Source: Felis catus (taxonomy: Eukaryota). From it: a DNA stretch of 64,000 nt. Numbering within the stretch: the stretch's first letter is position 1; every line of letters begins with the position of its first letter. The notes under the pieces are model-generated. The model made no database searches and was not told the DNA's origin. It was given only the letters and a program-made list of their open reading frames with translations. Below, piece by piece: positions 39,510 to 54,015 of the stretch. The translations under genes and the position numbers were made by a program. The stretch spans positions 112,406,001 to 112,470,000 of the forward strand of contig NC_058372.1 of NCBI RefSeq assembly GCF_018350175.1, given 5' to 3'.

Positions 39510-40255
39510 TGTATGTGACTTACACATTTTATAACTGTAAGTTTGTACCTTTTGTCCTTCTTCACCCATTTCACCCCCCACCCCCTTCACCTCTGGCAAC
39601 TACCAGTCTCTTCTCTGTATCAATGAGCNNNNNNNNNNNNNNNNNNNNNNNNNNNNNNNNNNNNNNNNNNNNNNNNNNNNNNNNNNNNNNNNNNNNNNNN
39701 NNNNNNNNNNNNNNNNNNNNNNNNNNNNNNNNNNNNNNNNNNNNNNNNNNNNNNNNNNNNNNNNNNNNNNNNNNNNNNNNNNNNNNNNNNNNNNNNNAGC
39801 AGAGCATGTGCAGAGTCAGGGCAAAGAGAGAGGGAGAGAGAAAATCCCAAATAGGCTTTGTGCTGACAGAGCAGACTCAAACTCCATACCATGAGATCAG
39901 AACCGGAGCCAAAATCGAGAGTAGGATGCTTAACCGACTGCNNNNNNNNNNNNNNNNNNNNNNNNNNNNNNNNNNNNNNNNNNNNNNNNNNNNNNNNNNN
40001 NNNNNNNNNNNNNNNNNNNNNNNNNNNNNNNNNNNNNNNNNNNNNNNNNNNNNNNNNNNNNNNNNNNNNNNNNNNNNNNNNNNNNNNNNNNNNNNNNNNN
40101 NNNNNNNNNNNNNNNNNNNNNNNNNNNNNNNNNNNNNNNNNNNNNAAGTTAATGTTTTCATTTTCTTTGGATGAATACCCAGATGTAAAATTGCTGGATC
40201 ATATGGTAGTCCTATTTTTAATTTTTTGAAGGATCTCCATATGTTTTACATAGTA
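39510..40255 (-). mobile_element. Antisense carnivore L1 3' fragment with nested Can-SINE fragment (39798-39941) and two N gaps
   Basis: cctctggcaactaccagtctcttctctgtat and attgctggatcatatggtagtcctatttttaattttttga. Confidence 0.8.
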
Positions 40256-40319
40256 TACAAGAGCAATTTTATGATGCTGAACAGATTTGCTCTTCTGCTA
40301 ACACAGGGGAAAGAGGGAA

Positions 40320-40730
40320 TGTGTCCATACATAACCTTGTACGTGAATGTTCATAGCAGCTTTATTTGCATTGGCCAAACCCAAATGTCCTTCACCAGGT
40401 GAATAAGTAACAAACTGTGGTATATCCATACAATTGAATACTACTCTTCAATAAAAAGAGAACCATTGATAAGGCAGCAACATGGATAAATCTCAAAAAT
40501 CTCAAGTAATAGATTGAGTGAGTGAACAAAGCCAAAATGAGTATATACTGTGGAGTAAAAGGAAGACTGGTGGCTTCCTGGAGGAACAGGAAAAAGGGGG
40601 AGGGAGAAATTACAAAGAGGACCTAGAAAACTTTTGGTGGTGATGGATATGTTCACAAGAGTAACACACATGTCGAAACTTACAGACGGGTGGTTTATTA
40701 TACGTCAATTATATGTCACTAGATTGTGAA
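40320..40730 (+). mobile_element. Old L1MB/MC-like 3' fragment
   Basis: gaatgttcatagcagctttatt, caaactgtggtatatccataca, aacatggataaatctcaaaa. Confidence 0.75.
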
Positions 40731-40747
40731 AAAGGAAAAGCAACACA

Positions 40748-42400
40748 AACATTGTTAAAATGTCTATACTACCCAAAGCAATCTATACATTTAATGCAAT
40801 CTCTAACAAAATACCACCAACATTTTTCACAAAGCTAGAGCAAACAGTTCTAAAATATGTATGGAACCACCAAAGACCCAAAATAGCCAAAGCAGTGCTG
40901 AAAAACAAAAGCAAAGCCGGAGGCATCACGATTCCAGACTTTAAGCTGTATTACAAAGCTGTAGTTATCAAGACAGCACAAAAAAAAGGACACGTAGATT
41001 GATGGAACGGAATAGAAAACCCACAAATGGACCCACAATTATATGGTCAACAAATCTTCGACAAAACAGGAAAGAATATCCAATGGAAGAAAACTGTCTC
41101 CTCAACAAATGGTGCTGGGAAAATTGGACACCGACATTCAGAAGAATGAAACTGGATCACTTTCTTACACCATACACAAAAATAAATTCAAAATAGATGA
41201 AAGACAGGAAACCATCAAAATCCTAAAGGAGAATGCAGGCAGCAACCTCTTTGACCTCAACCGCAGCAACTTCTTACTAGACATGTCGCTGGAGGCAAGG
41301 GAAACAAAAGCAAAAATGAACTATTGGGACTTCATCAAGATAAAACCTTCTGCACAATGTAGGAAACAATCAACAAAGCTAAAAGGCAGCCTACAGAATG
41401 GGAGGACATTTTGCACATGACATATCTGATAAAGGGTTAGTAACCAAAATCTCTAAAGAACTTATCAAACTCAGCACCCAAAAAACAAATAATCCAGTTA
41501 AGAAATGGGCAGAAGACATGAATACACACTTTTCCAAAGAAGACATCTAGATGGCTAAGAGACACATGAAAAGATGCTCAACATCACTCATCATCAGGGA
41601 AATACAAATCAAAACCATGATGAGACACCACCTCACACCTGTCAGAATGGCTAAAATTAACAACATAAGAAACAACAGGTATTGGTGCGGATGTGGTTAA
41701 AGGGGAACCCTTTTGCACTGCTGGTGGGAATGCAGCCACTCTGGAAAACAGTATGGAGTTTCCTCAAAAAGTTAAAAATAGAACTACCTTACAATCCAAC
41801 AATTGCACTGCTAGGTGTTTACCCAAACGATACAAAAATACAGATTCAAAGGGGTACATGTACCCCGATGTTTATAGCAGCACTATCAACAATAGCCAAA
41901 GTATGGAAAGAGCCCAAATGTCCATAGATTGATGAATGGATAAAGAAGATGTGATATATACATATGTGTGTGTGTGTGTGTGTGTGTAATAAAATGGAAT
42001 ATTACTTGGCAATCAAAAAGAATGAAATCTTACCATTTGCAACAACATGAGCAGAACTAGAATGTATTATACTGAGCGAAATAAGTCAGTCGGAGAAAGA
42101 CAAATACCATATGATTTCACTCATGTGAAATTTAACAAAACAAATGAACATATGGGAAGGGGGAAAAAAGAAAGAGGGAAACAAACCATAAAAGACTCGT
42201 AATGATAGAGAACAAACTGACAGTTGATGGAGGGATGTTGGTGGGGGATGGGCTAGATGGGTGATGGGTATTAAAGAGGGCACTTGTTATGAGCACTGGG
42301 TGTTGTATATAAGTGATGAATCACTGAATTCTACTCCTGAAGCCAGTACTGCACTGTATGTTAACTAACTAGAATTTAAATAAAAATAAAAAATAAATAA
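40748..42400 (+). mobile_element. 5'-truncated carnivore/feline L1 (ORF2 C-terminus plus 3'UTR), non-coding
   Basis: Frameshifted ORF2 peptides ([14 protein letters not shown]...[19 protein letters not shown]; NKWCWENW; LKKLKIELPYNPTIALLGVYP; CTPMFIAAL), (TG)n at about 41966-41987, and an A-rich tail. Confidence 0.95.
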
Positions 42401-42987
42401 AGGGCTGAGATTATCTGAAAAAAATAAAAGACAAATCACTCTCTTACCTACATCCTGTCCTCCCTCGTTCCTCCCTTTCTGAGGCACTAGTTTGGCCAGA
42501 CCACAATGCCTGTCCAATCTGTGCCTGCACCAATGCAGCTATGTGTAGTTGGCAAAAAATAAACATAATACTGACTAGTGACAGTTGAAAAGAAGTTGCT
42601 TATAAGAAAAAGGCATACAGTACAAAGCCAGTTTTTTGTTCAAAAATTATATCTATGTACAATATTAAAAAAAACATTTGGAAGACGAGAAGCCAATCTA
42701 CTGAGTGTCAGCTATTTCTTAGTGGATGACAGGTAATTTTTATTTTCTTGTTTATATTTTGCCGTACAAATGACTTTTTTACAACTTTTATAATCATTAA
42801 AACGAAAAAGATCTATTTCTATTTTAAGATATCTAACTGTCATCTCTATGAGATGTGTTTGGTCCAGACAACATGGGCCTGGTAACAAGAGGGTGCAGAG
42901 GGTTGATCTGGAGCATCAAGAGCTTTTGCATGTATATGTTTCAGCTGGTCTCATGTCTTTCCATACCATTTCCCCTGTTATGTATAG

Positions 42988-43137
<150 letters not shown>

Positions 43138-43780
43138 TAAGTGTATCAACAGAATTTTTAAGAAATCACTTAGCTTACTGTCTCTTATCTCTTCTGTTGT
43201 TTTTTTTTTCCTATGCAGCTGATTTGGTACTTATGACTAGGAAAAATATTTTCTCTAGAAGTAAAATAGATATGAATAATCATTAAATATGTTGCATGAT
43301 GCAGACTCTATAGTTAGCTTCATGAAATTAAACTGTTCACCTAACTCCATTTTTACTCAGATGACTTCTTTGGGTTTGTATTTTTCTCTTTATTTTATAT
43401 ATTTTAAGCATTTGTTAAATGCATTTTTTTCTTTATGTTTTCTCCAAAAATTCTAAGTGGACAGGTGACTTTTCCCCAGAATACTTGGCATTCTGTGACA
43501 AATGGTTGGCAGTTTTAGTACAGACTTGTTGCCCATTAATTTAAAGAGAAAAGCTTGTACTTTTCATATTTTAGGGATGTGCTTTTCATCTCTACTAACT
43601 CTAGGGAAAATTTAGAGGGCTAAGGCCATGTAGAATAATAGAAAANNNNNNNNNNNNNNNNNNNNNNNNNNNNNNNNNNNNNNNNNNNNNNNNNNNNNNN
43701 NNNNNNNNNNNNNNNNNNNNNNNNNNNNNNNNNNNNNNNNNNNNNNNNNNNNNNNNNNNNNNNNNNNNNNNNNNNNNNNN

Positions 43781-44730
43781 TATTGCTCTCTGTCCCTGGT
43801 TCCTGACACAGGGTCCCCAAATCCTTTGGAATTTCCATGGTGGTAGCAGTATCCTTTGTTCTAATGAGATGACCCCTGGTGGCTCTGGGATAGGGAGCTG
43901 GTCACTACAAAGATCAAGCCATGATTAGAGGTTTGGACTTGCAGTGCTATCCGCTATCCACTATCCTCCAGAGAGGGGAGAAGGGGGTGGAAATGGAGTT
44001 AATGATTGTATGATGGCGCCTCCATAAAAATCCCCAAAACATAGCATCCAGAGAGCTTCTGGGTTGGTGAACACATGGAGGTGCTGGGAGAGGTGCACCA
44101 GGAGAGAGCATGGAAGCCACACATCCCTCCCCATGTACCTCGCCCTGTGTATATCCTTTATCATATCCTCTTATTTTTTTAAGTTTATTTATTTATTTTG
44201 AGAGAGAGAGCGAGCACGAGTGGGGGAGGGGCAGAGAGAGGGAGAGAGAGAATCCCAAGCAGGTCCAACTCAGGGCCCGATCTCACTGTGAGATCATGAC
44301 CTGAGCTGAAATCAAAGAGACGCTTAACTGACTGAGCCACCCCGGCCTCCCCCATATCCTTCTATAATAAACCAATAATCTAGTAGGTAAACCATTTTCC
44401 TGAATTCTGTAAACCACTCTAGCAAATTAATTAAACTTGAGGTCATGGGAACCTCCAATTTATAGCCCATCAGTCACAAGCACACAGGTGATATCATGGA
44501 CTTAGATTGGCATCTGATGGGGGAGTGAGAAGGCAGTGTTGTGACACTGAGCCCTTAACCTATGGGATCTGACACCATCTTCGGGTAGGTAGTGTCTTAA
44601 CTTTAGGACACCCAGCTCTTGTCACAGAATTGCTTGGGGAGGGAAAAACCATGCATCTGGTGTCAGATGTGTTGTGAGTGTGGTGGTCATTGAGAGCAAA
44701 GGAGACACACAGGAGAAGTGGGTTTCTCCT
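43781..44730 (+). mobile_element. ERV LTR (MER21-like) interrupted by a Can-SINE; left end in N gap (43646-43780)
   Basis: gagagcttctgggttggtgaacacatggaggtgctggga, aataaacc polyA-like signal, ctgagcccttaacctatgggatctgacacc. Confidence 0.75.
44170..44352 (-). mobile_element. Can-SINE nested in LTR
   Basis: TSD catatcct at 44162-44169 and 44353-44360. Confidence 0.93.
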
Positions 44731-46199
44731 GCTGCTAGACCACCAGAAATGTTTTTGGCTTTCCCATTATCTTTTTGTCTGATATTAGGCAAGATACAGA
44801 ATAATTTAGGCATTCTACAGCCATGCTTTTTATTGGATTACTTTTAAAATTACATGAAATATCCAACTACTGGGTGCTTTTCTAATGATTTAAAATATTT
44901 TGTTTGCCAGGTGTTCTTGAATCAAAGGGAAGTAAGTGCCCACCTCATGATGTAATTTTTCTCCTTTTTGTGAGTTGGGGGTAGACGCTGGTGGAGACAG
45001 TTCTTATCCCTATCCCTAATGTTAGCCCCAAATTGGTGCCTGCATGTAATGCATTTTCTTCCATAGCATTATCCATTGCATGGTAAAGATATTACATTCC
45101 TAGTATTTTAGTGGGAATCAATTTTTTTTTCTTTGCAGATACTTTTCTCCTGGACAGAGATAGGCCCTACAGTAGGAAAAGGTACCAGTGATGGACAACA
45201 GATACTTCAGTTTTGCTGGGGGCAGCTTTGTCTGCTGGTTACTGAAAACTAAGACCTAAGACCTTAGTGCAAGTGCCTTTGTATAAAGAGTTCCATCTAA
45301 AAGGAACTTGATGAGTCTCCACTCTGCTTCCCCTAGTTTCCATGTAAAGGCAAATTTTTTTCCCCTATCACAGCGTAGGATCTACTCCTATGCTAGTGCA
45401 CCCCAAGGGCTCATCCAGACAGCGTCAGGGCACAGCCCAGAGTAGGGCAGGATAGAGCCAGGGAGCCCATCAGGTTATCTCCAGAGGCAAATTAACCTTC
45501 CCCAACCTGATGGTGACAATTATGGAAGAAGATAAGAGACCACATATTGGTGCTTATCAATTTAAAATATATATTGCAACACTATATGAACAGTCTCTTG
45601 TAAAGGATAGATGGATTTTAGGCACTAAATTAAATGAGCTTCTCTGTCAGTAGTTTTGACTTCCATCTTTGCCCCTCAGTAGCACTATACCAGTTAATGG
45701 CCCTGACAGAGTGAGCCTGAACAATCTCCATTTTCCTGATTGTGGGCCCTCTTGTCACACTGATCTGAACTTCCCTCTGGGGTTTAAGACCCAGGTAAGA
45801 TCTTTCTGCTTGGCCTCCCTAACTATGCTGTAGGGTGGGCTAACCTCACGGGGGATGGGACAACTCTGGCCATTCTGTTGCCGAAGGGAGGAATGGAGCC
45901 GTGGATATCTGGCCAGAGGGTACATCAAGTCTGCCCTAGTTCTGATGGGGGCAGGGTGGGAATAAATAGTCCTGAGGCATGGAATTAGAGTGAGCAAGTT
46001 CAAGGAGGGTGGGTAGCCCTTTCCCACATTGGAGAATATATAGTCTCTAATTTTCTCACGTTTGAAAAACAAATTAGTTTTATAGTCAGGCGGTACACTT
46101 AGTATCGAGCTTTTTGTTGCATGAATAGATTTATTCCCAAGGATTCTGGAGTTGAAAGACTATCAGGGAAACACAGTTTGGTTTTTGTGTTTGTTTACT

Positions 46200-47770
46200 T
46201 TACAAGTGATTCCAGATAACCAGTTAAACAGTAAGTTATGAGAAGCGACATGAAGGAAAAGAGTGTTAGGGGGATGTATGGAGCAGGAGTTTGAGCCTTG
46301 CCTGGGGACTCAGGAAGGTTTTTCAAGGCAAGAGGTGGATGCTTCAGCAGAGCTCTGAAGGATGAGTGGGAAATTAATCAGGCCGGGAGAGGCAGGAAGA
46401 GCTCCTGGGGGAGGCACAGCCTGGTGATGGCCAGAAGGAGAGAAGGCTCCCTCTCCCCTGGGAAAGCAGTCTGGTTAATTAGTGTTGTTGACACAGCAGG
46501 GAGAAGTGGCAGAGGGGGGCACAGGGCCTTGTGGTGTCTGTTAATAGAGCTATTCTTATTCCACTGCCACTAGAAAGCCATTAAAGGGGTTGTGACAGTT
46601 CATTTACCCAACATGTCTTAACGTGTGCCTGCTATTAGTCATTATTACCCAGGAGCTAATCTAAGCTCTCGGGACGTAGGATTCAACAAGATGGACAAAG
46701 TTCCAACCTTCTTAGAGTGTTGAAATGGAAAAGAGCATGAAACCAGCAACAAGCAAACACAGGAGATGCTGTCAGGAAGTACTATGATGAAAACAGCACA
46801 GGGTGATGGGCCAGAGGAGAGGGCAGAGGCACTGTGATTGAGTCCCGGTCAGGGATGTCCTGTCCTGGGAGGTTACTCTGAGCTAATACCTGAATGACTA
46901 GAAGGATCTAGTCTTGTGATGATGTAGGGGAGAGCTTTGGGGTTGAGACAAAATTTGCTGCAAAGACCTTGGGGCAAGAAGCGGTTTTGTACATGTCAGG
47001 AGCCCAAAGAAAGTGTGGTAGTGAGAGGGGCTGAGGTGGGAGTCTCGGGGGCCTCGCAGCCCATGTGGAGAAGGGGGGGATCTTATTGCAAGGTTTTGGA
47101 TGCCACTGGAGGATTTGAAGCAGCAAGTGATCTGTTCGAATTCACCTTTAAAAAAAAAATCACTCTGGTAACTTTGTGTTATACAGATTGTGGAGACTGG
47201 AAAATCATTTCAGAGACTGTTGTAGTAATCCAGGTCAGTGAAGCTAGTGAGGAGCAGAAAGGAGACAGAATTGGAGGCCAGGCCAATGGGACTTCTCAGT
47301 GGTTTGGGGCTGAGACATGCAGGAGGTAAAGGGATCAAATATGACTGTCAGGTCTTTGACACGGGCAGCTGGTTGAGCATGGGGACTGTTTGCAGCAATG
47401 GGCATGTAGCATTGTGGCCAAGCCCGTGGACTATGGACTCCAATTGCTTGCATTGCAGTCTAGGTCCCCTGCATCCATGAAATGAGATCATATTAGTACC
47501 TATCTCATAGGTACTAAGAATTCAAGGAGTTAATATTTGTTAACAGGCAGGACAGTTTCTGATGCTTTATAGGCCTATTTGCTGTTCTAGAAAACAAGTC
47601 TGGGGGAGGAGGGAGACCCAAGAATTTTGTTTTGATGTGTGCTGACTGAAATACCCAATAGACAAACAAGTGCATACATCTAGAAGGCAACTCAGAGGAA
47701 GAGTCAAGGATGGAAATGGACATGCAGAGTCATCTGCATGTTGATGTCATTGAAAGCTGCAGGACTAGAT
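46200..47770 (-). mobile_element. Degraded LINE-2 fragments (with MIR piece)
   Basis: Purine-rich L2-like tracts: tgagctaatacctgaatgactagaagga, gccactggaggatttgaagcagcaagtga, aaaaaatcactctgg, gagtcatctgcatg. Boundaries approximate. Confidence 0.6.
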
Positions 47771-49358
47771 GACAGTTATTCAGAGATTATTTAATAAATC
47801 TGGATGATCATGGTTCATGGTATGAACCTTACTTTGTACAGAAGAATCAATCCTTAAGTGGAAGGCATGAGTATATCAGTAACACGATTCCAGGAAAGCA
47901 CCTTTCTCCTGCCCTCTTTTCTTGGCTGCTGATAGAGGGGGAAAAGTCTTAATCACATGGTGGGGGGTGGGGGAATGGGGGGCAGGGCTTGGTAACAATC
48001 TATTTTCCCCTTGAATTAATTAAATCCCTGCTGTTAGTGCCATGTTACCCATTCTGGGACAAGATCTACACCTCATAGGATGAAAATTTTGATGTGAGAG
48101 AATGAGAAGCTGGGGTAAGGTGAGGTTGAGTAAAATTAAATTTCAAAGCACTAAAGAGAATTTTAGCTGTCAGAGGATTGAAGGTGATTCCCAGAGGCAA
48201 TACTTTGCATACTGATTAAGCAATCATGACCTATTTAGTTTGATTTATACTGGAAAGAAGATCTATGATATGTTAATGAAGGATCTTGGCATATTTTAGC
48301 CTGTGGTAGGATTCAAAGAGGAATAGGACTGAATGATAGAAATAATTATATAGCAGACTGAAATGATCTCCTTTATAGAAAGATAACCATGCAGCAGCAA
48401 GTAAAAAGATCATCTGTAAACTGGGGTTTATTGTTGCTGTTGTTTTTGTCATAGTTTGTATGGCTTTGATTTGGAATCTAAGAACATACACCAAAAATTC
48501 CCGCCACCTCCTTTTGTTGTTGTTGTTGCTGCCGCTGGGGTTTTTGTTGTTGTTTGTTCTCTGCTGCTTTTTTGTGTTGTCTTTAGACTTTAAAGAGGCA
48601 CGGATGGGGGAGGTGGGTGGTTTTGGAGTGTTAGAGGTAGGGAGGCGACCAGAGGAAAAATTGAATCTCTTCTTAGGTAGAAGGAGTAGGGATTCAGACA
48701 TGTGACGTTCTTGTGGGCTATTCAAGCTGATAAGCTTCATTTCAGTGAGTGTTCAGCCTTTGCTAACCCCTGACATTTCCCCACTAATAAACCCTTCTGA
48801 GTTGTACCACAGACCAAATGGTGGGGCTGCCAAGAGGAGAAGGTTTGGGGAAGGAAATCCTTTTGGAACAATTAATAACTCCATTCTACATAAAGAGGAG
48901 TAAAATTCAGCATTAAGAAAACTTGAATTGAGCATGTGATTTACTTGCTCTTTGATTTTTGTGCTTCTAAGACTTCCAAACCATTATAGTCAATAATGAT
49001 CATTCCCTCTTTTTTATGAGAAGCTGTTGTAGCACCGTGGAGTTTGGAAGTGCCAGAGAAGATTAAAGACCTCATTTCAAAAGATACACATAGTCAATGT
49101 CTTAGACAGCTGTTTATTCTGCTTACCTTTCGGCTTTTATCTTATCACAGAAGGCAGGAAGTAGACTCTTTCAGGTTTAAGTGATAACTATATTTTGGTA
49201 GTGTTTAGGGAACCTTCCAAAGAAAATAAGCCTCAAAACTTTGGTGTCTTTGGGGAGACGTGCATGGGCCACTGTTAAAATAATAATCTTTTTAAAATCC
49301 CATAACAGAAAGTATACCTGTGCTATAAAATATCTTCTTGTAAAAAGACTGTTGAATT

Positions 49359-49576
49359 AAAAAAAAATTAATGTTTATTTTTGAGAGAGAGAGAAAGAGA
49401 AAGAGAGAGCAGAAGCACGGGAGGGGCAGAGAAAGAGGGAGACACAGAATCTGAAGCTGGCTCCAAGCCCTGAGCTGTCAGCACAGAGCCCAAAGAGGGG
49501 CTCGAACTCATGAACTGCGAGATCATGACCTGAGCCAAAGTCGGATGCTTAACCGACTGAGCCACCGAGGCACCCC
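49359..49576 (-). mobile_element. Can-SINE with 16-bp TSD
   Basis: TSD aaaagactgttgaatt at 49343-49358 and 49577-49592. Confidence 0.96.
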
Positions 49577-49842
49577 AAAAGACTGTTGAATTTTTAAAAT
49601 TTACTTCTATTTGTGTGTAAAAAAATACTTTAAATCAAAACATTGTAGAACACCTGCTTTCTTCTTTTGATTAACACTACTTTCAAATCAGTAAGACATG
49701 ACAAGATGAACTGTGTGAAAAGTCAGCAGAATCCCTTTTGGCTGGCTTGCAGAGAACCTTACTCCTCACTACTGATAACCTCCTGGTCAGTGCACCAGCC
49801 AAACAGTTAACCTGTCCTGGCATTAACTGCTATCCATTCCTT

Positions 49843-50400
49843 AAAGAAAATGTGGCATATATACATATACAAAGGAATATCATTCAGCCATGACCAGGAA
49901 GGAAATCCTGCCTTGAGACACTACAGACAAACCTTGAGGGCATTATGCTAAGTGAAATAAGTCAGACAGAGAAGGACAGATACTGCATGGTATCAGTTGT
50001 ACATGGAATCTAAAAATCTTTTTTTTTTAAGTCAAATTTTTGGAAGCAGAGAGTGGAAGGGTGGTGGCTAGGCACAATGGTGTGGGGAAAATAGAGAACG
50101 TTTGGTAAAAGAACACAGACTTCCAGTTATAAGATGACTAAAATTCTGAGGATCTGATGTATAAAAGAGTGACTCTACTTGATAACTGTATGGTACGACT
50201 GAAATTTGCAAAGAGAGTAGGACTTCAATATTCTCACCAAAATATATATATAAACATGTGAGGTGATGGATGTGTTAATTAACTAAGTGGGAGGAATTCT
50301 TTCACAATGTGTATGTATATCAAATCATCACGGTGTACGCGTTAAATATCTTACAATTTTATTTGTCAGTTATACCTTAGTAAAGCTGAAAACAAAAAAA
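49843..50400 (+). mobile_element. L1MA-type (L1MA9-like) 3' end
   Basis: ccttgagggcattatgctaagtgaaataagtcagacagagaaggacagatactg ... atgtgaggtgatggatgtgttaatt ... taaagctgaaaacaaaaaaa. Confidence 0.88.
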
Positions 50401-51080
50401 ACCTACCCATCCCAGCCAGTCTCTGCAAAGTAAAGCCTGTGTTCCTGTTGACTTTCACTGAGAAATAGAAATTTTACTTGTACACTAAATAAAAAATCTC
50501 CCAGTAAGAAGTCTTCGGTGAGTTAAAGTGTGAGCTGCTCTGTGCTATCTACACTTTTGTCAAAGAAAGGTTCAGCACTGGACCAGATTCCAGCCTTGTT
50601 GGGAACTGCAGGTTCCTATAAGGCTGATGTTTGTCAGAATGGCTTTAGAGCACAGGAGGACACATTTCCCTTCCCGCATCTTAAGGCTTCCAAGTGCCCT
50701 CCCCCAGAGTCAAGAGCTTCACAGTGGGAAGTACTGACTCTGCATCTGTAGCTGAAGTCTGGGAATCAGCCTGGACTCTATTTCCTTCCGTTGGCCCCGT
50801 GTGGTTCTTGCTCTAGTGTATTCAGGCACTGGGGACACAGCAGTGATGGACAAGATGTGGTCCCTGCCCTCAGGAAGTTCAGGCAGGTCACAGAGACAGA
50901 TTTCAAAACCATAATTGCAACATGGTAGAAAAAACGTTCGGAAAGAGCTGTGCGAAGGGGTCATAGGAACACAGAGGAAGGGCACATAACACAGACTTCT
51001 TGGAGCATGTATTCCCAATTTTTCTGCCTCCTGGCACATCATTGACAACAAGCTGAGGGTACCTTAATATTTTGACTTTT

Positions 51081-51119
51081 TTTTTAAAGTTTATTTATTT
51101 ATTTTTGAGAGAGAGAGAG

Positions 51120-51173
<54 letters not shown>

Positions 51174-51332
51174 AATGTGGGGGAGGGGCAGAGAGAGAGA
51201 GGGAGAGCGAGAATCCCAAGCAGGTTCCACATTATCAGCCCAATACGGGGTCTATCCCACAAACCGTGAGATCATGACCTGAGCCGAAATCAAGAAGAGG
51301 ACACATAACCAACTGAACTACTCAGGCGCCCC
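51081..51332 (-). mobile_element. Can-SINE containing (CA)n at 51120-51170
   Basis: TSD attttgactttt at 51069-51080 and 51333-51344. Confidence 0.95.
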
Positions 51333-53137
51333 ATTTTGACTTTTATTTAAGGAAAATATATTAGTCTCCTATTTCATCAGTTATATAACTCAGCAATGTG
51401 TAACTTCTGTTTAGCTTAAAATAAGAGACATAATCTAAAATGCTAAATACCCATTTCCATTTAAATTACAAGGTTGTCAAGTCAATTATAAGGTTGGTGT
51501 TTAAGTTGTTTTTCATTATTTGCATATTAGTGAATGTAATTTTATGTGATAGGGTTGAAAATCAGTTTTAAGTATTAGTAGTGCAAACTGTGTGCCAAAT
51601 TCCATGCCACAATAAAGGGAGTAAATTGTAAGTATAACGACATCCTTGGGAGTTTTTAGTGGCCTGACAGGAGGGTCTTTTTTCAAGACGTGGGTGCCTC
51701 GCATCTAGATAGGGATGTATGTTACTTCATTCAATCTTAAGATGGAGCCCAATCAGGATGCAGTGTAAGGTTACAGGATCTGTGCAGTGCGAAGTTCCGG
51801 AGGGACCTTTCTCTTACACTGTGAGTGGTACTTCTTAGAGCTTTTAAGTGCTCTGAGCCCAATGGCCTATTTCTCATGGGGTCCCTGGTTCCTTTGTTCT
51901 GGGAAACCACTTCTTCACATAGAACCCCCTGACATTGCCCACCCCCTCTACATCTCTTTCCCTCAATTATTGGTCTCTATGTAATGTATGTGGGATGGCT
52001 AGTAATTGTTTTCAAGAAATGTGGTAGTTAGTCTGGGGAGGAGAGGTATAAAAATGTGGGAAAAGAGGCACATCTTAGAATTTTTGAAATGCATTACCAT
52101 TTGTCTCCACAAATACTGGAGCTGATATAACTCACCTTCGAATGTGTGACGTCTCCAAAGCAAGAAGACATTCTGAAGGAAGGAAGGCGCCCTGGTCCTA
52201 GCCTTATCTCTGTCTTTAAAAAGTCACGCAGTTGTTCTAGGCCCTGATCCCATCATCTGTAGTCTGAAGAAATTGGGCTCCAATGCCTTTCAGATTTAAC
52301 ATTATATAATTCTCAGGAATAAAGAGTTAACAGTCTTAAAAATCTCTCTTCAACACTCCTTTGAGCTCTCCATATGTTTGAATTTAAACTGAAATTGCAC
52401 ATAGGTATAGAGTTGCATTTTTTCATGATGAAGACTTAAATGCCACTTGTATTTCACTGAAGTACTCAGATTCCTGTATATACCCACCATATATTTTGCT
52501 ACAGAAGTGTTTAAAGCATAAAGTAGCTAGCACTTACTGCTTACTATATGCACTTCTCTCTGACTAGGTCTTTTATGTTTAAAATAAGCCCTCAAATTCA
52601 GAATATGATACACAAGTGTTCAAAAGTCACCTCATCTCTAAATTCAAAGCATTCTCAAATATATCAAGTTAAACTTCATGGAACAGTTTACAAGAAAATT
52701 AAATATTTGCTCTAACTGCAAGAAACTCCTGTGGAAATGCAGAAGCAATGCAAGAAGGAATTCTCTAACTAATACCCAGTCCCAGCCTCATGCAAAGGTC
52801 ACAGGTCGTGCAGGGTATTTCTTCACTTTTCTCTTGTGTCACCTTTCAGGCCTTACAGACTCACAGTCTTCCTAAAGATGCAGGTTTTGGTCCTTTTAAT
52901 TCTTCAAAGTGGGGCATGTACAATACAACAAAATCCTTTTTCTTGGAAAATTTGATGGGATCACATGGCAGAGTGGCTAGAGCAGAGGTTTTAAGGCAAG
53001 ATTTGGCCTGGTAAGTTCAAGGACTGGCGAGGAAGTCAGTGATGGAGCAGAATGAGCAGATAGAAAGAGGACCAGCTTGGGTGCAATCATCGTGAGCCTG
53101 TTGCATGGACTTTGATTTTGACTCTGAGTCCTCGAGG

Positions 53138-53190
53138 TATCAGTCAAGTGGGAACATAGGCTTATCAGTCAAGTGGGAACATAGGCTTAT
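53138..53190. repeat. Perfect 25-bp tandem duplication
   Basis: tatcagtcaagtgggaacataggct twice, plus tat. Confidence 0.95.
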
Positions 53191-53692
53191 TATGAACAGA
53201 TAATTGCAGTATTATATTTCTAAAACTGTTTAGAAAAAGTCACTACAGTATCCTAAGATCATGTGTCCTCCTTATTCCCAGCTATGAGTATTAGAAAAAT
53301 AAGCTAAATACTAGTTGTATTTTGCCCTTTTCTGATTAATTTTACCCACTTGAACAATAAAAGCTAAGTCTTCACGTTGAAATATACATTTTCTAATTTC
53401 TGTGTTATTTTTGGTGGCTGTTTACTTGCAAGGGTCTCTTTTTGCAGAGTTAAAACACACACTTCTTTAAGAATAACTCTGTACTCTCGGAGCACGTCTA
53501 CTGCTTGTGATCACACATCTGATCTGCACATTCAGATCTGTACTTGAATATGAATATTTTTCCTGAATTCAGATTTAATGGTCTGACTTTTCCATTGATA
53601 AGTAGCAGCCAACCCATCATCCCCAAACAATGAATAGAATCAGTAACTGCTGTGGATCATCTTCCTAAATCTGTTTAGAAAAGGAAAATTTC

Positions 53693-53912
53693 TTCTTCTT
53701 TTTTTTAATGTTTATTTATTTATTTTGAGAGAGAGAGTGAGAGCACATGCAAATGGCAGGGGGGTGGGAGTGCTGGGGGAGAGAATCCCAGGCAGGCTCG
53801 GAGCTGTCAGTGCAAAGCCTGATGCGGGGCTCTAACTCACAAACCCTGAAATCATGATCTGAGCCAAGACCAAGAGTCAAATGCCTAACTAACTGAGCCA
53901 CTCAGGTGCCCC
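53693..53912 (-). mobile_element. Can-SINE with 17-bp TSD, 103 bp upstream of exon 4
   Basis: TSD tagaaaaggaaaatttc at 53676-53692 and 53913-53929. Confidence 0.96.
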
Positions 53913-54015
53913 TAGAAAAGGAAAATTTCAAAGTAAGGAAGCAGAAGGGTGGTGACTGTTCTGTAGGTGATCATGACATATAAACTGTATTTCTATTGTT
54001 CTGTTTTACTTCTAG

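Noticed and set aside
40760-41932. L1 ORF2-like ORFs as functional genes
   Set aside because: Fragmented by frameshifts and stops, 5'-truncated, no ORF1, endonuclease or RT core.
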